The translations under genes and the position numbers were made by a program. A DNA stretch of 57,541 nt, filler included, from Catajapyx aquilonaris (lineage: Eukaryota): NCBI GenBank assembly GCA_000934665.2. It is 4 parts of 4 records of this genome, joined end to end, with 100 filler letters (N's around TTAATTAATTAA, not from the genome) between each part and the next. Parts side by side here need not be neighbours in the genome. Positions count along the whole stretch, not along the records: positions 1 to 14,312 come from JYFJ02007822.1; 3 more parts are not named here. One strand, written 5' to 3'. The notes beneath the pieces are model-generated. The model was not told the DNA's origin, made no database searches, and saw only the letters and a list, made by a program, of their open reading frames with translations. Below, piece by piece: positions 1 to 11,500 of this stretch (position 1 is its first letter; each line of letters begins with the position of its first letter).

Positions 1-1187
1 CCCCCACCATCCCTGTTCCGTAATAATCAACATTTAAGGTGGAAATGAAGCTAGAGTCACTTAATGAGAATTTTATGAAAAAAACATATGTTACGCAGTT
101 TTGTGTCCTCTTATCAATGGTGCAAAGAAAAATACGCGTCACTTTAGCGAACAGGATGGCTCAGAAGTTCGCGATTTAACATGGGGCCTTATGGCCGAAT
201 TTTCAATGGTCCACAAAAAAAATCATAAGTAAATGAGAATTTTAAAATTTAATGTGGAATATGTCGGGAATTATATACTGATCGTAACCGCAAAAAGAAA
301 AACCTACCTCACCGTGCTCTTTCAATTTGTATTGCTGAAAAACGATCCGAAAATGATCCAGTGACGTCACATTGCTCCACTCGAGTGAGGCAGTGGCAAC
401 ACAGCGTTGTTTACGGTAGCGAGATACTTCTGCATACGACCGCGAAATATGAGTGCAAGTTAGTATGATGGTTTTTACAGTGGCTCACACAGGGGATTTT
501 CGTTTGGCGGGGGTGTTTGTCAGACGTCAGAACCGTTATATTAGTTTATATAGTTATAATTATAATATAACAATCGAATGATTCGAATCCACCCGGCAAT
601 GACGTCACATACTGCTACGCGATAATTGGCCCGGACCTTTGCTGCGTTGCCGCTTCTATCTGTCACACGCGTACCAACTGAACGTGTTCCAAATCCGACA
701 CAAATAGCCCCTTTCGGAGCTAAACTTTTAAAAATGCCATGACAAATTGGGACCTCGTAATTACGACCGAATAAAATCGATTTCCATCAAAAATAAAAAA
801 AATATTAAGCACACCTCCAATTAATACCATGTTTAAGTTGGCAGTAGTGAAAATTGCGCCTGCGCACAAAAACATCCAGCCGGTAATAGGCCCATATTAA
901 ATCGAGTTTAAAACGCAGATTCGAATGGAAAGCATAGGATTGAACAGCATTTACTGCTGCATCGGCTGCATATGTTTCCCTGATTTTAGCCCTTCTTATT
1001 AACATTCCAATTCTAGACTCTCATTTGATTAGCAAGTCGCTTTCATTATATTACAAACACAACAAAAAGACACGTTCCCACGGCAACGACGTTCCATCGC
1101 GGTCAACAAGCAGTTCCATAATCTACAGCGGCACATTAGCAAAAAAAATACGGTAACAATGAAGCCCTTGGCGACGACCTAGGCCCC

Positions 1188-1305
1188 TAGTCTGGTGACC
1201 CCGGGTAAGCTTGCCCCCGGGCAAACACCATGGGAACATATGTAAAAGGATAGCAGTAAACAACAAGTTACCCCAGGGGGCAAGCTACCCGGGGTCACCA
1301 GACTA
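1188..1305. mobile_element. Small MITE
   Basis: ~30-bp terminal inverted repeats TAGTCTGGTGACCCCGGGTA(A)GCTTGCCCCC. Confidence 0.6.
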
Positions 1306-1325
1306 TATACCCTAAACATAGGGGC

Positions 1326-1663
1326 CGTCCAGACGGGCCGACCTTAGCCGCGGCCAGCCGCGGCTGGTCGAGGCCGCGACGGTTCACACGGCAACGGCCA
1401 CGGCCAGGCCACGGCTCAGAAGTTGGGCAAGTTGGCCGACTTCGTGGAAGTTGGCTCGCTGCTTGGCCACAGCTTGGCCTCGGCGACGGATACTGCGCGT
1501 CACTTGTTTTTCGTCGCTGCCATGACTACCGGCCACTATTACAAATGCGGGTGGCTGATATTAAAATATGTGCCCGTCTGAACGGGTACGGTGGCCAGCC
1601 GTGGCTCCGCAAGCCGGGGCCGGGGCCGCGGCCGGCCGCGGCTAAGGTCGGCCCGTCTGGACG
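1326..1663. mobile_element. GC-rich MITE (PIF/Harbinger-like)
   Basis: TIR CGTCCAGACGGGCCGACCTTAGCCGCGGCC at both ends, with internal GGCCGCGG repeats. Confidence 0.65.
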
Positions 1664-1952
1664 CTTATGCATGGGCAGCATATGGGGATTCGACATGTCC
1701 ACGCTTCTGCGGCCGTAGTACGGCGCAAAAATGGCGCAGTGGACACAGAAATTACACCAAAAAATAGGACATGATCTGGCGCAGGGCACCTTCGTCGTCA
1801 TTTTACCATTTTCGGCCTAGAAGTGACCTTTTCATCGAGTTCAAGTGAAAGGAGAATGGCGTTCCCCAAAAGCCCATTTGAATAGCATGGCGGCAGGAAA
1901 CGCGACTTCTGCGCCCATATGTCCACAATTTTAATGCAATCATATCGAGTAT

Positions 1953-2310
1953 TTTTTATTTTTTTATTTATTTCACTACCCCTTGCTCAGTACATTGCGT
2001 CCTGCTTCGGGGGGTGGCATACCACCATCAGTTTTTCTATATAATTTTCCACTTCATTCACCGGTGCAAGGAAACAAGGACAATGGGAAAGGATAGGGAT
2101 TTTTGGGGAGGGAACATGGGTGCAAGGTGCAATGTCGTAGCTAATGGATCGTGTGCTGTTCCCCAGGAGGTTAGGTTGCCAGACACCTCCTTGGTGCAGG
2201 TCAGAGACCCTCCTGACGCAGGTGAAAGGAAAGTTCCCCAGGCGGGGATCGAACCTGGGGCCTTTCACTCAGCAAGCCGAGACGTTACCATCACGGCCAC
2301 CACACCTCCC
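1953..2310 (-). mobile_element. tRNA-derived SINE (family B)
   Basis: Head with A box TGGCCGTGATGG and B box GGTTCGATCCC on the minus strand, A-rich tail, perfect 16-bp TSD CAATCATATCGAGTAT (1937-1952, 2311-2326). Confidence 0.9.
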
Positions 2311-3217
2311 CAATCATATCGAGTATGGTACCATATAGTAAAGGCCAAACCTTTGCGCAGGGCACCTTCTTCGTGATTTTCCCGATTAACGGTGCGTTTC
2401 GCCATTAAAATATAAAATTCCCTCAAAAATGCACCTACCGTATCTTTCCTTTTGCGCCGCCTTAACTTGATGGGCCTGGAGTTCTCCAGCGACCCCATAG
2501 CTGCCTGCAATGGTGGGCATAATAAGTTAAAAAGTTAATTTAATTCAATTACCGTTTAGCTAACTTATTAATTTTTTAAACTCATTATAGTTTTAACTAA
2601 TTAACTTTCTCGGAATTTTTAATAAGTTAAAAGTTAAGCTTTTGGCAGAGTAAATCAATGAAACAATTAAACAATTAACGATATTTTTGATTATTTCTAT
2701 TTTGATTCATTACTATTAACTATTAAGGTCACTAGGTCAGTTCAGGAAGACATTGAACGCACCAAAATGGTAAAAAGCTTGCTAAGCTTGGAATCTGTTA
2801 AAAGTGGTTCGAGTCGCTGTCCAGTGCACGGGGTTGGAGTTGGCAGGAGGCAGGAGTGACCAGAACTTGGACCAGAATCATCATATGAACCACTTCGAAC
2901 AGATTCCGTGCATTTCTCATTGTAGCAGCACTATCCAAGAGTCTTTCTGAACCTGCCTTTATACAGGGTGTCCGCCATGAGATTCAAACTTTTTGAGCTC
3001 ATACATTTTTGAGCGCATACATTTTTGTCATTTGGGGTCATTTTTTTTTCTTTTGGTGTTTTGGAACATTATGGGGAGACTTTTGTGGACACTGGACATT
3101 TGTGGTGATGTGGTTGGAAGTGCTGGTGAACATTAGTGGATTACTGCATAGTCATAGTGGATAGTGTTTTATTTGCCACGTGGGTGTGCCGTGTGCGGAA
3201 TAAACTTGCTTGGTCTC

Positions 3218-3642
3218 ACCGAAGCAGCAGTAGGCGAGGGGATTTGGTATCCGGCTGCGAATCGGGAGGTCCAGGGATCGAATCCCCAGGCCGGCAACTC
3301 TGACCGTGGTTTTCTGTGGTTTCCCACGGTCACCCCAGGTGAATACCGGAGTTGCTTCCTAAATTAGTAGGTCACAGCCGCTTCCTGCCTTTCCTATCCC
3401 TGTCCCATACTGGAGGAGGTGCGGCGTTTGTGGGAGGTCTCTGACCCGCATCTAGAGGGTCGTCTTGTCAACCTAGCCCTCTGAGGGACTGCACACGTCC
3501 TCCACCAAGAGACATTGCACTTGCACCACTGTCCCCCCCTCTATCCCAGCACTGGAGAGTCAGAAAATGGTGGAAAAATCTCCCCCCTACATAGGCCAGA
3601 AGGCCTCAAGGGTGTAAATAAAAAATAATAATAATAATAATA
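3218..3642 (+). mobile_element. tRNA-derived SINE (family A)
   Basis: B-box-like GGGATCGAATCCC, body GTGGTTTTCTGTGGTTTCC...CACAGCCGCTTCC, (AAT)n tail, 16-bp TSD AAACTTGCTTGGTCTC. Confidence 0.9.
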
Positions 3643-3809
3643 AAACTTGCTTGGTCTCGGAATCAAGGTGCACGGCAGTGCACCCCGCCAAGTCATCACT
3701 CCACATCACTCCACACCACACACACAGTCTACATTTCGACACATCACCTACTGCCACTTGTCATGTAACCAGGCAACCAAATAAACATGCCCTGCTGTGG
3801 GCCTTTTAC

Positions 3810-3841
3810 CAAAGAGCTTAATACTAGTATTAAGCTCTTTG
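3810..3841. mobile_element. 32-bp perfect palindrome between 8-bp TSDs (P-superfamily-like excision footprint or minimal MITE)
   Basis: CAAAGAGCTTAATACT|AGTATTAAGCTCTTTG flanked by CCTTTTAC (3802-3809, 3842-3849). Confidence 0.7.
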
Positions 3842-4743
3842 CCTTTTACTATACCCCCTTCGTATACTACATTTGACCTCCTTCCAGCTCAGCTCGGGAA
3901 AACGCTGGAGATCTGAGCTTTACAAAATAGAATGGCATGGGCCCAGGGACCATACAAAAAAATATTCATAATTTTGCGACAAAAGGTTCTAGAGGGCCCT
4001 TATTATAAGCCCAATAGATAAGCGGAGTGGCTACGGACTTGGCGGTTTTTTTACGAGTCCGTTTTTGGTTAGATGGGTCTTTACTTGTAGGCCTACAGTA
4101 TCTTTACTTCTTATAACTTGTAATATGTTCACTTGTACTACAGCGTCTTGGAGGAGACGGTAATTTTTTAACTTTTTAACTTTTAATTTTTAACTGTTAT
4201 AAAAAATTCCAGTTTAACGTTTTAATTGCTAATTCAATTAACTTTTTCGTGTAACTTTTTAATTGTTACTTCAATTAACTATTTTGTTAACTTTGCCCAC
4301 CTTTGGCTGCCTGCTGGCACAGTCATCCAGGTCAGATTGGCCATTTTGGGGTTGGGGAATGACTAAGAGAGGTGCCGGTCTTTCAATGCTATTCTACATT
4401 TACTGCACAGCCTTCAATTTTTCATTAAGGTGAAGTGGGGGAAGTGCACACCCGGGGTGTGCAGCTACATAGCTGACGCGTTTTGGTGTCGTCAGCCATT
4501 TTCATTCCAATATGGCGGCACAATATGTGCACTTACCCCACTTCACCTTACATACTTTTGCTGGATTTTTAAGGCGTATTGTGTACTTTCTTACAATCTG
4601 ACATCCGCAGTTTGGTGTTTGGACTTCATGCACATGCAATATGCTTCATGTAACAGGTATTCCAACATTGTATAGCCATAATTTTATTTCAAAGGTTACT
4701 ACCAAATCAATGACTTACACCTACATGGAAAAGTATTTCATAA

Positions 4744-4771
4744 CCCGAGCAACGCCGGGTATCCTGCTAGT
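4744..4771 (+). mobile_element. Helitron-like 3' terminus
   Basis: Hairpin CCCGAGCAACGCCGGG followed by CTAG|T. A similar terminus lies on the minus strand at ~23572-23600. Confidence 0.55.
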
Positions 4772-5008
4772 TTGGTTTGGTTTATTTAGAAGAAGCCAAA
4801 GCAACTATGGTCATCTGGCTGTAAGAAAAAGCAAAGGTGGGACAGATGGAGAGAGAAACGAAGAGGAAAAGAAGAGAGGAAAGACTGGCATCTCTCTTAG
4901 TCTGTGTCCTATCCCAAAGACCTGTCCGGCTTGGGTGGCCCTGCCAGTAGACGAAGCTACCGCCGGCATAGCTCTTGGGGTCACGGGAGAAACACAAACC
5001 CCACCAAA
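4772..5008 (-). mobile_element. Short non-autonomous retroposon with RTE-LINE 5'-UTR-like domain and (AAACC)n tail
   Basis: Minus strand ...TGACCCCAAGAGCTATGCCGGCGGTAG...GGGCCACCCAAGCCGGACAGGTC resembles the conserved RTE 5' domain (recalled); ends in AAATAAACCAAACCAAAC. Confidence 0.55.
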
Positions 5009-5016
5009 GGTTTGGT

Positions 5017-6531
5017 TTCCCTATACAAAAGCCGACATGTTGCCTCCCAACCGGTACGGCCTGTCGGATGGGACCGGCCACGCGGGGCCCAACCCCCCGC
5101 GGCAGCCACACGGGCAGCCCCTGGAACAGCACCGGCCCCAACACTCACCGACATGGTCGTTGGCTTATGCAGGTCGCTGGAGAAATGGCCGTTGAAAAAA
5201 ACCGTTGGAAAATAATTGCCACGTATCCCCTACAGACAGCGCCAAGGCGCGGGTGGCAGCGTGCCTCAATCAAGCGACGACGACACATCCTTTCACTAAC
5301 ACCGTCCGCATTGGCGCTGATTCCCGGGGTACAAGCATGGCAAGTTATTATTTTTTTTGTATACTTAATTAATTTCCAGCATTGTATACAATATACCGGA
5401 CATGAACTTTATTAGATCCTGTATGCAGCGTGTTGATATTCAAATACTGTATCCGTAATGGTTAGCTATTTTGGAACTAAGCAGCTTAGATTATGCATAG
5501 TACCTTTTAAGTGGTTGTAAAAAGTTTGAGTTGCTAATATTAGGCGGAACTTAATCATGCAAGATGGATTAACGCAGTATCTATGTGATTGACCTATAAG
5601 CGCAATCATTTACTGGGAGCGGTAGACAGGGTGATCAGTTGGGGTGATCCAATTTAAATGTCTGTATAGCGGTTGGCGATTTTTAAATTCCTAAACTGCT
5701 TATTTTAAGGTGTTACTTTTTTCATGGTCACTTTTACTTATCAAAATTATTAGCTACTAAAATATTATCGGTTGCATCGACCATCCTTGTCACCTCCTGC
5801 AAAGGTGATATCAACTAAAAAGTACATGCTCCGTAATAGAGGTGCTCTGCCAATTGTTCCAGCAGAATAATCGACCGTTCCCAATAATTTGAAATCCAAT
5901 TATCTTCACGGCTGAGATAGGTGATTCAATTCCGCCTAATATTAGCAACTAATAGTTTTTACAACCACTGAAAAGTCATTTGCAACTGCTTAACATAAGC
6001 GGCTAAGTGCCAAAGTAGCTAACCATTACAGACACTGTATTTTAATCATTTTAATATTAAATTAAACGCTGCATACAGGAGCCACGCCGGAACTGATAAA
6101 GTTCATGTGAGTTTACAATGCTGAAGGGGGAAAAAACCGTCATGAAGTCATGCACCCCGGGAGGCAGCGCCAATGCGGACGCGTGGGTGAAACTAAGGGC
6201 CAGTGGTGCCAGCTTCGCGTGATTGTGTGTGTGTGTGTGTGTGTGGGTGGGTGAGGGTGGTGGAGTGCAAGGCAGTTCTGTTTTACAAAGGCCACTATCC
6301 TCATTTGGTGCTCAGGGAATAGTTGGAGACCATTCTATTTGGATCGTCACGTTTTTCGGGTGTGCTTAATCTACAAGACAACCATGCCGGTAAGTGTGGG
6401 TCCAGTGCAGTTGCGAGAACTGCCCATGTTGGTGCCATGGGGGAGATGGCCCTGCGTGGCCAGCCCCATCCGACATCATGCCTACCGGTCGGGAGGCCTC
6501 CTGGCCAAAATATCGGCCTTTGTGTGGGGAA
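5017..6531. mobile_element. Degenerate foldback DNA transposon (CCC termini, EnSpm/CACTA-like)
   Basis: Terminal ~70 bp are diverged inverted repeats; the internal arms ~5300-5560 and ~5925-6180 are also inverted copies. Confidence 0.6.
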
Positions 6532-7650
6532 GATGTGTGGGGCTGGCTGCGTTGGGATAGGGCTGGGGTCCTGGGGGAAATGGGGGTTTTGATGGGCTGG
6601 TGGGCTGGGAGGTTAGGCTAGGTTACAAGGAGGCATGGGAATGTCCTTCACATAATTATGCAGAGGTGGGTCCAGGTTTTGGTCAGGTGGTGTGTGGCAT
6701 TTCAGGGTTGTAATATTTTTACAGTGGGCAATCCTGCATCACTTGTCTTAATTGAGTAGTAAATATCTGTAGGTGCCAAATTGGCAGCCCAATGTTGCAC
6801 CATCGATGCAATGATGCTGAAATTTGGCTTGTGTGAGTATCAAGAAACATTTGAAATGGCAATTATAATGTTTATTGAAAACTTGCCATCTTTAATAATT
6901 AAATAGATTGTGTGTGGGTCAAGTCATAATGTGCAGCATCTTATACGACACAGGTAATACATTTTCAGTTTAGAACAGAAGTGGTTTGCCAGTGGGCCAC
7001 AAGAGCCTCCATGTGAGTTTCAGGTGGATCCTAATCATCCTATAATGTGATTGTTTCGCCTGAGCATGCCATAATTACTTAAAAGCTGGCTGATTTACAA
7101 GTAAGCCCACTTTACAACTGTTTAGTCAGGCCTCAAGAGTGTGCAAAGTATTATTTTGTGGTGAAAAATTGTTTGAGCAAGGGGCACTTTTGAGATGAGC
7201 TCACCCCGTAATTTTTCTGAGAATGTTTCACTAATGAGCCATTTTTCAGAGTTGACAAACAGGAGTAATTGAAGGAAGGAGAGAGTGATGGATAGTTCAT
7301 GTCAGGAGAATCAAAAGGGTTCCATATTACTGGGTGCAGCCAGGATATATGGGTCAATTAGATTTGCGTACTGTACATAAGGAAAGGAAAGTTAGGTTTA
7401 TGCTGTAAAAATTTATAATGTGGGAACAAGAGGTCATACATTAGGCTACGACAAAAACAGGTGAGATTTACCCTAGATTCACTTGTGGAAACCCAGAAGG
7501 GAGCTGTGTGTGTTGCAGGGAAAATGTCACTTTTTGATGTTTTCATCCTTGACATTATACCTGGTAAACCTTTAGGGCTCTGTGCTACATTGGAGACTAT
7601 AAGTTATTGCTTCATAGTGAAGCATGCAGTTCCTGGTAATAATTGAATGC

Positions 7651-8443
7651 CACAATGCAATAAGGGCCCATCTGTAAATTTTTACGGAAATGCTTTTATG
7701 GCATATTGTACTTCCTCTGGTGGATGTCCATCCGTATAAAATGCAAGAAGAGCCGAAATGTCACTAGTAATGCATGAAAACCATCGACGGACCAAAACGC
7801 GATTGTCACTTATGAAAAGCACGATTTTAATGTACTACAAGTGTCTCGTGATTTGAAAATAGCAGTGATTTTAAGAGGCGACGTGAATTTTGTCTAAGCG
7901 CTACTTCCACAGGAGATGCGTTACTTTGCCATTAGAACGTTCCCCTCTGAGGCAGCAGTGCTAAACCTAGTGGAAAATAAAGTAGACTTGTGGGTCTATA
8001 TGTCACCAAAAAATCTTTCACCTACGCCCTCGGGAAGTGGTCAAAAATGGCCGCTACTTGAAAAGGTGGCATGGAGACCGAGAAACATTAAATTCAATTG
8101 AATAATTATGATGTGTAATTACTCTGAAGCATATACTCTTGTCTCCTGCATATCATAATCTTCATTAATTTTATCCTGAGACGGTTTATTTCTCCATATT
8201 TAAGCCAAATGAACTATACAATGCAATAAGGGCCAATTGTGATCATTAAAAGTATTTAAATAAAATATAAATTACATGAACATTTCAATGAAAGTGCTGT
8301 CAGGTATTCATGTTGTATACATATTATCTATCATTAGGTTTAGAGCAAAATTGCCTACCATGAACAGAAACAGAAATAAATAGTTTTTTTTTTCGCTTCC
8401 TGGACATTTTCAATTTTCAGAATTGGGCCCTTATTGAAATGTG
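7651..8443. mobile_element. Non-autonomous DNA transposon with CAC termini (Chapaev/Transib-like)
   Basis: TIR CACAATGCAATAAGGGCCC / GGGCCCTTATTGAAATGTG; internal repeat of the same motif at ~8218; TSD not clean. Confidence 0.5.
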
Positions 8444-8526
8444 ATCTTCAGTTATTGCAGGCTAGGACAAAACAATTGGCAAATATTTTAATTCTAGGAG
8501 TTATACTGGGGAGGAGAAATTGGCCC

Positions 8527-11500
8527 ATGGGGGTAAGTGACAAAGGTGACCTGCAGCACCTTGTGCTCTCCCTGAAGAGGGTCACTGGCAAAAGTTATTT
8601 GAGAAACATGTTGGAGTTAGAGGGTGTACTAAATAATTATGTTACTTTTGCTCTCCTCCTTTTGTACACCAAAATTGCATGACTTGCACCTGGCTAACAC
8701 CTTACTGGGAGAAAACTCAAGCAGAGAAGTGTATATAACATAGTTGTTATTTCAGCTTTCCCAGGAGCTCCCCGACAACCCCCAGAGTAGGGATTCTCAA
8801 GATAAGAGGCCAAGTGACAGCACTAGTGATGCATCACCAACTGCCTCCAAGGCAAGTTATTCATGCTAATCAGGCTTGGGCATTTTTATTGATGTAAATA
8901 ATTCACATTGGAATTTAAAATAATAACTTATTTTACTTTGTTTTCCCTATTCAGAAACCGAGGGTGAGCATGAATTCATCAGCTGATGCGGAGGTATCTC
9001 CAAAGGTGGCCCATGACATGGTTTCTTCTGAAGACAATGCAGTTGTACCTGCCGAAGTGTCATCGACACCTGACTCACTGAACATAGAGGAAGTTCCAAT
9101 AGCAGTGAATGACCCAATGGAGGAGCTGCTGTCAAGCATTCTTGCAAAGCCCAGCATGGATGTTGAACTTGCATCCATCAATGATCCATGCAGTGACGGC
9201 ACTAGTGATGCATCACCAACTGCCTCCAAGGCAAGTTATTCATGCTAATCAGGCTTGGGCATTTTTATTGATGTAAATAATTCACATTGGAATTTAAAAT
9301 AATAACTTATTTTACTTTGTTTTCCCTATTCAGAAACCGAGGGTGAGCATGAATTCATCAGCTGATGCGGAGGTATCTCCAAAGGTGGCCCATGACATGG
9401 TTTCTTCTGAAGACAATGCAGTTGTACCTGCCGAAGTGTCATCGACACCTGACTCACTGAACATAGAGGAAGTTCCAATAGCAGTGAATGACCCAATGGA
9501 GGAGCTGCTGTCAAGCATTCTTGCAAAGCCCAGCATGGATGTTGAACTTGCATCCATCAATGATCCATGCAGTGTCAATGCAGAAGTGCAAACTGTAGTT
9601 AGTTGTGAGAGTAAACTTGTTCAGGCTGTGGCTAGGTCAAAGGAAAAAGAAGGTAAGACTTGAGCTACTCTTGAGTTGTAAAGGCCTATTTATGAAGAAG
9701 TGGTGCGTCTCTGAATGAGTCAGTGCTGCCTCAAGTGAAAATGGGTGCTGTATGCATTCAAAGAGGCTTCTACTAGCCTGCACATGACAAGGCTTGCAGC
9801 ATACCAAACATATTAAGTTGTCCCCACAAAGTGGTATAATTCATGCCAGCAGCACAACATGCCTGTATTCTTTCTTTTCACCAAGTGCAAGTATGGTACT
9901 GTACATAAAAATGCACAACAGGATTGGTGGGTTATATAGAAGTGTTGGCAGGCTTCTCAGAAATTAGTATCAACTGATTTAACATATGGCTACTGGTGAT
10001 CAGAGAATGGCACCAGCTTCCAATCCTGATTTTCTTAGAACAAGTGTCATTTGTTTTGCATAGTTATGCACAGAAAAAAAACAACCATGAATTACAATGG
10101 GCTCTCCTTATCTGCGGAGGTTTGGTTTCAGCACCCCCCCCCCCCCCCCTCCACATGATACCAAAATCTGTGGATGCCCAAGTCCCTCACATGAAATGGT
10201 ATTAGGCAATAGCACAAGGAAATCTGCATATATCTAACCTACACACATCCTCCTGTATACATACTTTAAATCACTCTAAATTACTTATGATACCTAATAC
10301 AATGTGAATGCTACAGTCCTTTAAACTAAAGAACGATATATGATGTCACACCAGCCATGTTTTTTGAGCATGCACAGTAGCATGCTTGTAGAGCGATTTG
10401 GGGACATGAGAGGAGGGATGAGCCGGGTGGAGGTGACGCTTACTGTGACGTCATATAGTCCTTTAGTTTAACTAATGGTGTACATAGTTGTTTTGTATTT
10501 CAGTTCACAGCGCTTAGGTAATTCAAGGTTTGATTTTTGTAACTTTCGGGGGTTTCTCGAATAATTTATGATCTGAAGCTGGTTGAATCCACAGATAAAG
10601 AGGGCCCACTGTATCACCAAAGGAACATTGATTTTGGCATTACGCAGTATTTAAGTATCGATCCAGTACCGTACATTGGAGTAAGAGATCTGTTGGCTAT
10701 ATCGCCGGCAATAACAGGGGCACAAGTCCAAAAAGTCAATTTCACAGGAGAGCACTTTGAAAGTTGTAAGTGTTGGTATAGTGTTATCATAAATCAGGTA
10801 TTGATGCAGCATTCGAATAATCAGAATAATTAATTTTTAATTTTTTAAAATCAGAATATGCATTCTGAATGTGCACACGGTCATGGACCCTGCTCTAGTA
10901 ATAAGTCAAAATCGTCATTTTTGGACTTGTGCCCCTGTTATTGCCGGGATGTGATATGTGCTTAGCCAGTCCACATGACACAGGCGACTGGTGCACCTGC
11001 TACTGCAGGATACTGAAATTATTTTTTTCCCATTTTTCCCAATTTGCCTTGACATTTTGTCTTGAGGAGAGAGAAGAATGTTAGGCGGAATTGCCAGGAA
11101 GAATAAGCCAGGGAGTCACATGCTTGCAGCCTCAGCCAGTAGCCCTGGGGAACCATTTGGTATTGGTGCAGCCTAGGTGTTCACATACTCATGGGCCCCT
11201 GGAATCCTTCATTTCCACCATAAAAACAGACTGGTTTTGGTCAAGCAAATCAGAGGCTGACTTAAAATAACATGAAATAATAAAATTAGTAGGAATTTTA
11301 GCTACCTGCTATGGTAGGCCTACATCTTTGCCAAGTGGACTGGTGACCAGCAAACTTATTGATTACTCTCACTGCGCTATCAGTGCACCATCATGAAACA
11401 AATCATTAATAACTCCCAAGCCAAGGTGCATTCAACTCTACAGTTTATGGTCACCTTTTTCACTTGTACGAGATATAAGTTAAGTTTCCCCCATTGAATG

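Larger units (their letters stand above)
2508..4305. mobile_element. Non-autonomous hAT/P-like DNA transposon carrying nested insertions
   Basis: TIR CAA(T/A)GGTGGGCA, 8-bp TSD GCTGCCTG (2500-2507, 4306-4313), many subterminal TTAAC/AGTTAA repeats. Confidence 0.8.

Noticed and set aside
5019..5090. HDV-like ribozyme fold on the minus strand (GGCCGGT...ACCGGTT with CCGACA/TGTCGG)
   Set aside because: No room for P3/L3; the sequence is explained as the terminal inverted repeat of the 5017-6531 foldback.
4641..5415. Overlapping 100-184 aa ORFs
   Set aside because: They run across junctions of unrelated repeats; no protein motif or splice support.
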